Numbered from the stretch's first letter, positions 36,123-44,237 are shown. The stretch: DNA of 64,000 nt from Verrucomicrobiota bacterium (GCA_049509875.1 JBEKZM010000015.1:4546-68545), one strand, 5' to 3'. Numbers and translations: made by a program. The notes: generated from the letters alone by a model not told the origin.

Positions 36123-37121
36123 ATGAACTCAATTCTGACCCGCATGAAAACGAACCTACGAAATTGCCGCGGAAACCCCGGTTGCTTATCAGGCCAACGA
36201 ACACGGCCGGGATGCGCCGGCCTGATTCTGGCCGTTGCATTATTGGCGTGGAGCCAGCGTGCGCCGGCCGCCGGTGAAGCAACCTTTGACTCGCCCGCAG
36301 CCGCTGTTGGCGCCCTGAGGGACGCGGCCGCGGCGCACGACACCAACGCGATGCACTCGATCTTCGGACCGGAGGGGCACGAATTGGTCTCGCCCGATGC
36401 CGTGCAGGCTACCCAGGCCTTCAACCGGTTCGTTCAGCGCATCCAGGAAAAGACGCAGTTGGTGACCAATGCCGGGGGCGGCTTCACGCTGGAAATTGGC
36501 AAAGACGAATGGCCCTTTCCGATCCCGCTGGTGAATCGGGGCGGAAAGTGGTCTTTCGACACCGCCGCCGGCCGCTCGGAAGTTCTCCGCCGTCGCATTG
36601 GCCAGGACGAACTCGGGGCGATTGATGTCTGCCGCGCGTATGTGGATGCCCAGCGCGAATATGCCAGCCAAGACCGGCTGGGAGACGGCGTTTTGGCCTA
36701 TGCGCAGCTTCTCCACAGCACGCCGGGGGCGCATGACGGTCTTTATTGGCCGGCCAAACCAGGCGAACCGCCAAGCCCCCTGGGACCGCTGGTGGCGGCG
36801 GCACACGTGGAGGGCTATCATCATACTGCCGGGACGCTGAACGACCAAGAGGCCCCATATCACGGCTACTATTTTAAAATCCTCACCTGCCAGGGCCGGC
36901 ATGCGCCGGCCGGCAAATATGATTACCTGATCAACGGCCGGATGATCGCCGGTTTTGCGCTGGTGGCCTGGCCGGCCCAATGGGCCAACACCGGCGTCAT
37001 GACCTTTATCGTGAATCAACAGGGCCGCGTGTATCAGCGCAATCTGGGCCCCAAAACGGCCCGCCTGGCCGCCGCCATGACCCGCTACGACCCGGACGAC
37101 CAATGGACGCCGGTGGATTAA
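36123..37121 (+). CDS. DUF2950 domain secreted protein
   Basis: DGLYWPAKPGEPPSPLGPLVAAA...YHGYYFKILTCQG...YDYLINGRMIAGFALVAWPAQWANTGVMTFIVNQQGRVYQRNLG matches DUF2950. It lies immediately after DUF3300. Confidence 0.8.
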   Translation: MNSILTRMKTNLRNCRGNPGCLSGQRTRPGCAGLILAVALLAWSQRAPAAGEATFDSPAAAVGALRDAAAAHDTNAMHSIFGPEGHELVSPDAVQATQAFNRFVQRIQEKTQLVTNAGGGFTLEIGKDEWPFPIPLVNRGGKWSFDTAAGRSEVLRRRIGQDELGAIDVCRAYVDAQREYASQDRLGDGVLAYAQLLHSTPGAHDGLYWPAKPGEPPSPLGPLVAAAHVEGYHHTAGTLNDQEAPYHGYYFKILTCQGRHAPAGKYDYLINGRMIAGFALVAWPAQWANTGVMTFIVNQQGRVYQRNLGPKTARLAAAMTRYDPDDQWTPVD

Positions 37122-37241
37122 GCCGGAGCACGGGGTTTTGGCACGGGCGCTCAACGTGCCCGCCGGCGAGGGATGGCGGAGCGCTGGGAGTTGAGACCAC
37201 TCGCGGTCCGGGCGAGCGCCAAACCGGCAAGTACCGGCAAT

Positions 37242-37269
37242 TTGCCAAATATAAGCACGTATTTGGCAA
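37242..37269. promoter_or_regulatory. Perfect 10-bp inverted repeat (candidate operator) upstream of the radical SAM gene
   Basis: TTGCCAAATA-N8-TATTTGGCAA lies 45 nt upstream of the ATG at 37314, in an AT-rich intergenic stretch. Anchored on track ORF 37151..37399. Confidence 0.4.
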
Positions 37270-37313
37270 GAATTGCAAAGTAAAAATCCAAATGAGGCTG
37301 TTTAATACATTTA

Positions 37314-38189
37314 ATGCAAATTGGCGGAAAAGGACCCGTGGGCGACCCCCAGGACAAGGCCGTCGGCTGGCCCCGTGATTTCCTGGGCAACCGTTTCATC
37401 TACGCGGTCATCTCGCAGCGGGCGCACGGGCTGTCCATCGGCGTCAATTTGAATCCCGAGAAGTACTGCAATTTCGACTGCATTTATTGCGAGGTACAGC
37501 GGGGCAAGGCGCGGGAGGAACGACCCGTGGACGTCAACCTGCTGACGAAGGAATTGACCCACATGCTGGATCTGGCCGTCGGCGGCGGGCTGCGCGCGTG
37601 GCCGCGCTTTCGCAAAATTCCCGAGGATTTGTTGCAGCTCAAAGAAGTGGCGCTGAGCGGCGATGGCGAGCCAACGCTCTGCCCGAACTTTGACCAAGCG
37701 GTGGCCGCTGTTTTGCGCGTGCGCTCCCAGCGGCCCAGGTTCTTCAAAATCGTCCTCCTCTCCAATACGGCCGGCCTGTTCCGGCCACACGTGCAGCGGG
37801 GCTGGCGGGAGCTGGCGCTCGAGGACGAAGTCTGGCTCAAGCTGGAGGCGGGCACGGAGGAGCACATGAAACAGATCAACCGGCCCGAACACACGACGCT
37901 GAAAAATGTCATGGCCAACATCCTGCAAATCGGCCGGGAACGGCCCGTCGTCATTCAAAGTCTTTTCCCAATGCTGGCCGGCGAGGAGCCCGATTCCGAG
38001 GAGATCGAGGGCTATGTCCATCGCCTGCAGGAATTGGTGGCCGGCGGCGCGCAAATCAGCCTGGTGCAAATCTATTCGGCCCATCGTCCCGCGCAAAATC
38101 CCTCCTGCCGTCACCTGCCGCTGAGCAGCCTCTCCGCCATCGCCCGGCGGGTCCGGGAAAAAACCGGCTTGCGGGCCGAGGTGTTTTAA
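37314..38189 (+). CDS. Radical SAM protein (function unassigned)
   Basis: The CNFDCIYCE (CxxxCxxC) cluster motif lies near the N-terminus. It also has the SGDGEPTL glycine-rich SAM motif and is 291 aa. There is no SPASM-type C-terminal Cys cluster. Confidence 0.85.
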   Translation: MQIGGKGPVGDPQDKAVGWPRDFLGNRFIYAVISQRAHGLSIGVNLNPEKYCNFDCIYCEVQRGKAREERPVDVNLLTKELTHMLDLAVGGGLRAWPRFRKIPEDLLQLKEVALSGDGEPTLCPNFDQAVAAVLRVRSQRPRFFKIVLLSNTAGLFRPHVQRGWRELALEDEVWLKLEAGTEEHMKQINRPEHTTLKNVMANILQIGRERPVVIQSLFPMLAGEEPDSEEIEGYVHRLQELVAGGAQISLVQIYSAHRPAQNPSCRHLPLSSLSAIARRVREKTGLRAEVF

Positions 38190-38207
38190 CCGGCCGCCCC
38201 GGCCTGG

Positions 38208-38678
38208 TCATTTCAAGCCGGCAAAGAGCGCCGCCTGATAGCCGACCACCACCAGCCGCCTGCCTTTGGCCTCAATTTTGTGTCCTTCGGCGCGCAGCCG
38301 GCGGGCGACGCCTTCGGCGCCACCGGGATATTTCGGATTGATTTCACCGCCGGCTTTCAAGGTGCGCCAGAACGGCGTGATGCGTTTTTTTCCTTTGGCT
38401 TCCTGCTCCGCAGCGGCATTGGCCGCGATCCAGGAGAATATCCCGGTCGTGATGGGACAGGTGAAATCGGTCTTGTGCCTGCGGGCCAGGGCCGCGCGCA
38501 GGTCGTTGATGGTCGCCAACCGGCCGCGGGGCACCTGCTTCATCAGCGCGTCCACTTCGCGCGGCGCCGGAATCACAAACCTTCCTTCACCCCAGCGTTT
38601 GCCCAGCTTGCCGGTCGCTTCACAAACCTTGGGCAGGTCCTTGTCATCCGCCAGTTTTTCGCTCCAGGTTTTCTTCAT
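38208..38678 (-). CDS. MGMT/Atl-like DNA-binding family protein
   Basis: MKKTWSEKLADDKDLPKVCEATGKLGKRWGEGRFVIPAPREVDALMKQVP...ITPFWRTLKAGGEINPKYPGG resembles proteins usually annotated as MGMT family. There is no PCHR active-site Cys motif. The start is at aa 10 of the track ORF. Confidence 0.6.
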   Translation of the reverse strand: MKKTWSEKLADDKDLPKVCEATGKLGKRWGEGRFVIPAPREVDALMKQVPRGRLATINDLRAALARRHKTDFTCPITTGIFSWIAANAAAEQEAKGKKRITPFWRTLKAGGEINPKYPGGAEGVARRLRAEGHKIEAKGRRLVVVGYQAALFAGLK

Positions 38679-38881
38679 AGGAATCCGGGTTGAATTAAGA
38701 CGCATTCAATTAACACCAACCGGATGAAATTTGTCAAGACGCCCGGTCGGACCGGAGCGCGCCCGTCCCGGGCGCTGCGGCGTGATTCCAAGCGGAACGT
38801 GGTAAAGTGAATGCTGCCAGAACGAAAGGCCGTCCGGTTCAGCGCCTTCGAATTTTTCAAACGGCCCGCAGGTTCCACATC

Positions 38882-39583
38882 TCAGCGGCCGGGACGGCCA
38901 GTGTTTCCTCCCAGGCGAAATTCTTCCAGCACGCGCAGGTTGTCCGTGGAGCCGTACCAGTCGCCCCACACCAACTCAATATTCTGCACGTAATCCGTTC
39001 CGAAGGCCGTTCCGCGATGGGCGGTCAAAACCGCCAGCAGCCGCCGCCAATCCGCGTCCGCCCGCGCGAAACGCATGGCGGTGAGGTGAGCCGTCCGGCT
39101 GCGATAACGGCGATCCAGCCGGTTCGCGAACCCGCTTTGGGCAAAAGCCTGCCGCAAATCGTTGCGGATATTTTCCAGGGCCTCGCCCCGGGGAAATCCC
39201 TGGACCATGATCGCGTTCGGAGCCGCCGTGACACCGTTGAATTCGATCGCCATGGGATCGTGGCGGCCCAGAACGTCGCGGAGAATGACGCGAAACGCGG
39301 CGACGTCCCGCATCTCACTTCGCCAATGGCCAGAGGCCGAAATCAACGTGAGAACGGTAACGTGGAGCTCTTCGGGCTGGTAAAAATATTGGCCGGGAAA
39401 GGCGGCGGCGAGTTCGTCCAGGAAAGCTTTCACGCGCGCCTGGACTTCCGGCGAGGGCCGGAAAATCAGGCACACGCCCCGCCGCCGGTCATTCACCCGA
39501 TCGGACAAATGGGGGTCGATCTGCGGGCCGCCGAGCGCCAGGGCCGACGCGGCGTCCGCCCAAAGCTGTTCGTAAATTTGCAT
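38882..39583 (-). CDS. 2H phosphoesterase superfamily protein (LigT / 2-prime-5-prime RNA ligase-like)
   Basis: It has two H-x-T/S-x motifs, LHVTVLTL and AHLTAMRF, at the expected spacing. I prefer the start at MQIYEQLW (39583), because the track start at 39634 reads through a REP-B unit. Confidence 0.55.
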   Translation of the reverse strand: MQIYEQLWADAASALALGGPQIDPHLSDRVNDRRRGVCLIFRPSPEVQARVKAFLDELAAAFPGQYFYQPEELHVTVLTLISASGHWRSEMRDVAAFRVILRDVLGRHDPMAIEFNGVTAAPNAIMVQGFPRGEALENIRNDLRQAFAQSGFANRLDRRYRSRTAHLTAMRFARADADWRRLLAVLTAHRGTAFGTDYVQNIELVWGDWYGSTDNLRVLEEFRLGGNTGRPGR

Positions 39584-39606
39584 TACCCTGGGAAAGTCGG
39601 TTGCAT

Positions 39607-39632
39607 CGAGCCGGGTCGGAGACCGGCGCTCC
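39607..39632. repeat. Single REP-B unit
   Basis: The minus strand reads GGAGCGCCGGTCTCCGACCCGGCTCG, translated as ERRSPTRL in track ORF 38882..39634. Confidence 0.65.
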
Positions 39633-39655
39633 ACGGATGCGTCGCCTGCCGTCGT

Positions 39656-40945
39656 TCAGCGGCGGCGCATCAGGCGCTCGATTTCATCCGCCTCGATGGG
39701 AATCTTGGCCATCAAATCGCGCGGGCCGTTGTCGGTGACCACGACGGTGTTTTCCAGCCGCACGCCGAAGCCCTCGTCTTTGAGGTAAATGCCGGGCTCA
39801 ACGCTCAAGACCCAGCCGGGCGCCAGTTTGTAATGGTTGTAGGTGACATCATGCACGTCGAGTCCGATGGGGTGGGAAACGCCGTGCATGAAGAACTTTC
39901 TGACCGCCGGCTCGTCGGTCCTTTGCTTCTTGATCTCCGACATTTTCAGGACGCCAAGGTTCACACATTCCCGGGCGATACGTTCCTCGCATTCCTGGCG
40001 CAAGTCCCGGGTGGTCTTGCCCGGCACGCAGGCCGCAACCTGGGCCCGAAAGACCCGTAGGACGGCTTGGTAAACCTGCCGCTGGCGGCGGGTGAATTTG
40101 CCGCTCACGGGAATCGTGCGGGTGAGATCGCTCATGTAGTTGCCGCGGCCGGCCGCCACGTCGAGCAGGAGCAGTTCGCCCAGCCGGCAGGTCTGGTCGT
40201 TCTGGTTGTAATGCAGGATGTTGTTGTTGGCGCCGCCGGCAATGATGGGCGGATAGGCGAACTGGCCCTTGTGGCGGATGAACTCATGCGCCAGCTCGGC
40301 CTCCACCTCGGTTTCGTTGACGCCGGGCTTCACAAATTTGCAGACGCGCACAAAACCCCTGGCCGTGAGATCGCACGCCGCCTGGATGGCGTCGATTTCG
40401 TCGGCCGACTTGACGACGCGCAGTTCATGCATCAGCGGTGCCAGGCGCTGATAATGGTGCAGTGGATACTTCGCCTGGCAGTCGCGCACAAATCGCCCGT
40501 CGCGGCTTTCCACCTTGGCGTCGGCGCGCTGATGCTCGTTGGCATTGAGATAGACATTGTCCATCTCGCACATTACCTGGCGGAAGAGGGCGGGGAATTC
40601 CGTGAGCCAGCTCACGTTCTTAATCCCCGAAATGGCCGTTGCCTGCTCCTGGGTCAGCTTATGGCCCTCCCACGTCGCGAGCTGTTCGCTGGACTGGCGG
40701 ATGAAGAGAACCTCACGATGGTTCGGATCAAAAGCCTCCGGGGCCAGCAGCAGGATGGTTTCCTCCTGATGCACTCCGGTGAGATAAAACAGGTCGGCAT
40801 TTTGGAGGTGGCCCATGGTGCCGTCGGCATTCGTTGGCATGATGTCATTGGCATTGAGCACGGCGACCGAACGAGGCAGCAGCCTTTTTACCAAGCGGTC
40901 ACGGTTGGAAGCAAACAGGGTGGGTGGCAATGAAACAGCTTTCAT
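39656..40945 (-). CDS. pepP: Xaa-Pro aminopeptidase (M24B)
   Basis: The pita-bread fold metal ligands are present: LLLDVAAGRGNYMSDLTRT, HGVSHPIGLDVHD and the VEPG/ENTV region. The ORF is 429 aa. Confidence 0.9.
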   Translation of the reverse strand: MKAVSLPPTLFASNRDRLVKRLLPRSVAVLNANDIMPTNADGTMGHLQNADLFYLTGVHQEETILLLAPEAFDPNHREVLFIRQSSEQLATWEGHKLTQEQATAISGIKNVSWLTEFPALFRQVMCEMDNVYLNANEHQRADAKVESRDGRFVRDCQAKYPLHHYQRLAPLMHELRVVKSADEIDAIQAACDLTARGFVRVCKFVKPGVNETEVEAELAHEFIRHKGQFAYPPIIAGGANNNILHYNQNDQTCRLGELLLLDVAAGRGNYMSDLTRTIPVSGKFTRRQRQVYQAVLRVFRAQVAACVPGKTTRDLRQECEERIARECVNLGVLKMSEIKKQRTDEPAVRKFFMHGVSHPIGLDVHDVTYNHYKLAPGWVLSVEPGIYLKDEGFGVRLENTVVVTDNGPRDLMAKIPIEADEIERLMRRR

Positions 40946-41070
40946 GGGGCCAGTTTAGGGCCGCAGCGGAAAAAAATTAAGCGAATTCAGCAGTCAACCG
41001 TCACCGGGGAAAGGGCATTGATTAGCAGAGCGCGGCATCCGTGCGGCTTCAACGTGGCCGCGCAAATAGA

Positions 41071-41098
41071 CGCTGAAGTGGGCTGAAGCCCGCGCTCC
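41071..41098. repeat. GGAGCGC-headed hairpin element, family D (coordinates +/-2 nt)
   Basis: The plus strand reads CGCTGAAGTGGGCTGAAGCCCGCGCTCC. The reverse complement is GGAGCGCGGGCTTCAGCCCACTTCAGCG, with hairpin GGGCT-TC-AGCCC. GCTTCAACG and CGCTGAAG motifs nearby are shared with the rpsU stem-loop. Confidence 0.4.
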
Positions 41099-41186
41099 AT
41101 ACACCAATTAAGGCCGGGCCATCACCGGGAACAGGCTTGCGTTTGACGGCGCGATAAACTAGAAGTCAGGCGAACAAGAAAACGTT

Positions 41187-42059
41187 ATGGCCACCTATTT
41201 CGTCCTGGGCGCTGACAACAAGGAATACGGCCCGGTGCCAGAAGATGAGTTGCGAAAGTGGGTCGCCGAAGGCCGGGCTGACGCCCAGTCCAAGGTTCGC
41301 CTCGAAGGCACATCTGATTGGCTGCCGCTGGCGCAAGTGCCCGAATTGGCCGGCGCTGCGTCAGCCAAAGCGCCGGTCCCGCCGCCGCCGATACCTCCGC
41401 GCGCGCCGGCCAGCCGGACCAGCGCGATGGCGGTCACTGCGCTGGTGTTGGGCATTATGGGCTTGTTCAGCTGCGGCGGCACGGCGCTGTTCGGGCTGGT
41501 TCTGGGCATCATCGCCATGGTGCGGGTGACGAACAGCCGGGGCACGTTGACCGGCAAAGGCATGGCGTTGGGGGGAGTGATCGTTTCGGCGGTCTGCCTG
41601 CTCCTGATTCCGATCTTCGCGGCGCTGCTCCTGCCGGCCCTGTCCGCGGCCAAGCAAAAGGCGATGCAAATTAATTGCGTGAACAATGAGAAACAATTGG
41701 CCGCGGCCGTGCGCATTTATTCGGGGAATCATGCGGACCACTTTCCGCCGGCGGCCACCTGGTGCGATGCCATCCATTCCGCCGTTGGTTCCGACCGGGT
41801 ATTTGAGTGCCCGGCGGCGCCAGGCTCCAGCCGCTGTGACTACGCCTTCAACGCCAAACTCGATGGCCTGGACGCAAGCAAAGTCAATCCGCAGACGGTG
41901 CTGCTGTTTGAGTCGAACACGGGCTGGAACGCAAATGGCGGACCCGAACTGGCGGTCGCACGCCATCGCGGGCATTCTTCCATCGTGGTGGCTTTCGCGG
42001 ATGGGAGCGTTCAAATAATGTCGGACACGCGGCTGAACTCTTTACGCTGGGAACCGTAA
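41187..42059 (+). CDS. GYF (DUF4339) - DUF4190-like TM - DUF1559-like pseudopilin-core fusion protein
   Basis: The N-terminus is YFVLGADNKEYGPVPEDELRKWVAEGRADAQSKVRLEGTSDWLPLAQVPEL (GYF_2). The TM pair is AVTALVLGIMGLFSCGGTALFGLVLGIIAMVRV...GMALGGVIVSAVCLLL. Then come LLLPALSAAKQKAMQINCVNNEKQLAAAV and the terminal HRGHSSIVVAFADGSVQIM, typical of PVC DUF1559 pseudopilins. Confidence 0.75.
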   Translation: MATYFVLGADNKEYGPVPEDELRKWVAEGRADAQSKVRLEGTSDWLPLAQVPELAGAASAKAPVPPPPIPPRAPASRTSAMAVTALVLGIMGLFSCGGTALFGLVLGIIAMVRVTNSRGTLTGKGMALGGVIVSAVCLLLIPIFAALLLPALSAAKQKAMQINCVNNEKQLAAAVRIYSGNHADHFPPAATWCDAIHSAVGSDRVFECPAAPGSSRCDYAFNAKLDGLDASKVNPQTVLLFESNTGWNANGGPELAVARHRGHSSIVVAFADGSVQIMSDTRLNSLRWEP

Positions 42060-42086
42060 CCAAAAGCAGGCAAACCTAAGACTATT

Positions 42087-43085
42087 ATGGCCAACTATTA
42101 CGTCATCGGAGGCGACGGCAAGGAATACGGTCCGGTGACCGATGCCGAGGTGCGGCAATGGATTTCCGAAGGCCGGCTCAATGCCGAATCGCGCGTGAAA
42201 GCTGAGAGCGACGCCGAATTCCGCGCCTTGGGGCTTTTTCCGGAATTCGCCGAGGCCTTAAAGCAGAGGAGTTCTCCGGCCGCGGTTCTTCCAGCCGGCC
42301 CGAAACCGGACGCAGAGGAGGCAGACTGGCAGGCGGAGGTCCTGGCGCGCGAGCCGGAGCTGAGGTTTGGGGAGTGCCTGGCGGCTGGCTGGAGTTTTCT
42401 GGGAGCCAACACGGGCTTTTTGACCGCCGCGGTATTGTTGACGTGGGCAACCAATCTTGTGTTTGCGGTCATTGCGGTCACGGTGCCGGTGGTTGGCCCC
42501 TTCATTCTGCTGTGTTTTCACGGCGTCGTTCTGGGCGGGTTTTATCTCGCCTGCCTGCGCCGCCTGCGCGGCGAAGCGGTGTCGCCCGCCGAAGTTTTCA
42601 GCGGATTCAAGAGCGGGTTCGCACAACTGCTGCTAACCGGGCTGGTGAGCATGTTGCTGGCTCAATTGGGCGCCTGCTGTTTTATCCTGCCCTTTGTTTA
42701 CCTTATCATTGCGTGGTTCTTCGCGGTGCCGCTAGTGGCGGACAAAAAGCTTTTCTTCTGGGCGGCGATGGAATTGAGTCGAAGGGTGGTCACGCGCGTC
42801 TGGTTTGAAATGTTTGTCCTGCTGGCGATTGCGTTTCTGCCGATGCTGGTTTTCCAGGCCTATAGCCTGGTCGAGACCGGGAAATTCTTTCTGGGGCTGT
42901 ATGACCAGTCCGGCCACGACTGGCAGCAATTGGCGCAACTGTTGCAGTCCAAGGCCGGCGACATCCGAAATCTGACCATCCGATCGACGGTGATCGGACA
43001 AGGCGTTTACTTGCTGAACCTATTCTACTGCGCCGGTGTTGTAATACGTGCGTATGAAAACCTTTTCGGGCGCAGAAAATCATGA
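42087..43085 (+). CDS. GYF (DUF4339) domain polytopic membrane protein
   Basis: YYVIGGDGKEYGPVTDAEVRQWISEGRLNAESRVKAESDAEFRALGLFPEF is paralogous to the preceding gene's N-terminus. About six hydrophobic segments follow. Confidence 0.75.
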   Translation: MANYYVIGGDGKEYGPVTDAEVRQWISEGRLNAESRVKAESDAEFRALGLFPEFAEALKQRSSPAAVLPAGPKPDAEEADWQAEVLAREPELRFGECLAAGWSFLGANTGFLTAAVLLTWATNLVFAVIAVTVPVVGPFILLCFHGVVLGGFYLACLRRLRGEAVSPAEVFSGFKSGFAQLLLTGLVSMLLAQLGACCFILPFVYLIIAWFFAVPLVADKKLFFWAAMELSRRVVTRVWFEMFVLLAIAFLPMLVFQAYSLVETGKFFLGLYDQSGHDWQQLAQLLQSKAGDIRNLTIRSTVIGQGVYLLNLFYCAGVVIRAYENLFGRRKS

Positions 43086-43461
43086 TGGCGGCGGCGGTCA
43101 AAAGGCCCGGGGCTATTTGACCACCAACATTGTGATGCCCGGCCTGGGTTCGCTGGTCGGCGGCAGAAAGGTCGGCCTGTTGCAACTCGGCTTGAGCCTG
43201 GGCAGCTTTGCCATGACCGTTGGCTGCGGGATACCCTTTATCTATTGGTCGCTCGCCCACTGGTCGGAATACCACGGCGCCAATGCCGCCGCTGACCCAC
43301 TTAAAACTTTGCACGATCTATGGCAGCACGCCCGCTGGCCTTTGCTGGGCATCGTCATGTTTCTGTTCACCTGGCTTTGGGCGCTGCTGACCAGCCGTTC
43401 GCTGCTGACCGAATCCAAAGCACAGCCGCCGGTGCTCAAGGCCGTTCCCGATGAGAAATGA
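43048..43461 (+). CDS. Small 2-TM protein with a PGLGSL motif (paralogue of the N-terminal half of the next gene)
   Basis: TTNIVMPGLGSLVGGRKVG and FLFTWLWALLTSRSLLTESKAQPP align with LVNILVFPGLGSLRSGRRVAG and FAISWLWAGVTSLSLFQAASKPNP of ORF 43451..44077. The start is uncertain (43048, TTG 43117 or 43135). Confidence 0.5.
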   Translation: MRMKTFSGAENHDGGGGQKARGYLTTNIVMPGLGSLVGGRKVGLLQLGLSLGSFAMTVGCGIPFIYWSLAHWSEYHGANAAADPLKTLHDLWQHARWPLLGIVMFLFTWLWALLTSRSLLTESKAQPPVLKAVPDEK

Positions 43462-44077
43462 AGCGCAGCGCGACGCCAAAAACGCGCTCGTGAACATTCT
43501 CGTTTTTCCCGGGCTGGGCTCGTTGCGGTCAGGGCGAAGGGTCGCCGGCTGGGGACAAATCATTTTGGTGCTGACTGGCTGCGCCCTGCTGGTGGCCTGG
43601 TTTTTCAAGGAAATGTCCCAATACTATGGTATGATGTTCGGAGACGAGAAACCGAAGGCAATCGGCTGGATCGGCGCAACGGGCGGAGCGCTGTTCGCCA
43701 TTTCCTGGCTGTGGGCTGGCGTAACCAGTCTCAGTTTGTTTCAGGCAGCGTCAAAGCCAAACCCGACGCCGCCGGTGATTCCGCCCGCCGCAAAAATGAA
43801 TCTGGACGCCGACACCCTACGGACCGCATGCGCCTCGCTGCCAAAATGGCAGCGCCACGGCGAAATCATTTCGCGCACGTACGAGTTTGAGGATTTTGTT
43901 GCGGCAATGAAGTTTGTCAACGCCGTGGCCGCCCTGGCCGAACGGGCGCAGCATCATCCCGACATCGACGTGCGCTGGAACAAGGTCACGCTTGCGCTCA
44001 CCACCCACGATGCCGGCGGCCTCACGGAAAAGGACTTTGTGCTGGCCCGCGAATGTGACGGGCAGGCCGGACTTTGA
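43451..44077 (+). CDS. 2-TM PGLGSL-motif domain fused to pterin-4a-carbinolamine dehydratase (PCD/DCoH)
   Basis: The C-terminal half WQRHGEIISRTYEFEDFVAAMKFVNAVAALAERAQHHPDIDVRWNKVTLALTTHDAGGLTEKDF is a canonical PCD core (HHPD). The N-terminal half has two TM helices. The start overlaps the previous ORF by 11 nt. Confidence 0.8.
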   Translation: MRNEAQRDAKNALVNILVFPGLGSLRSGRRVAGWGQIILVLTGCALLVAWFFKEMSQYYGMMFGDEKPKAIGWIGATGGALFAISWLWAGVTSLSLFQAASKPNPTPPVIPPAAKMNLDADTLRTACASLPKWQRHGEIISRTYEFEDFVAAMKFVNAVAALAERAQHHPDIDVRWNKVTLALTTHDAGGLTEKDFVLARECDGQAGL

Positions 44078-44196
44078 GGGCCGGTCTCCGACCCGGCTCG
44101 TTGGATGGCAGCAATAGGATCGAGCCGGGTCGGAGACCGGCGCTCCCAGCGTGCGGGTTCACGGCCGCAATGTGCCTCAATTTTTGGAGTTCGGAG
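44077..44196 (-). repeat. About 120-nt composite repeat B1 (second copy, reverse orientation)
   Basis: GAGGGCCGGTCTCCGACCCGGCTCG-TTGGATGGCAGCAATAGGAT-CGAGCCGGGTCGGAGACCGGCGCTCC plus a 50-nt flank ending ...TTTTTGGAGTTCGGAG. The loop and flank match the reverse complement of 15172..15292 with few changes. Confidence 0.75.
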
Positions 44197-44237
44197 CTTG
44201 CCACGAACTGGGAAGTTGGGGCGACAGAACAAAGCCC

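Noticed and set aside
37261-37280. TTGGCAAGAATTGCA as a sigma-54 promoter for the radical SAM gene
   Set aside because: The GG-to-GC spacing is two nucleotides too short compared with TGGCAC-N5-TTGC. The same bases are part of, or adjacent to, the 10-bp inverted repeat.
38807-40060. 417-aa plus-strand ORF bridging the 2H phosphoesterase and pepP loci
   Set aside because: It crosses an intergenic REP element and two well-supported minus-strand genes. It has no motifs.
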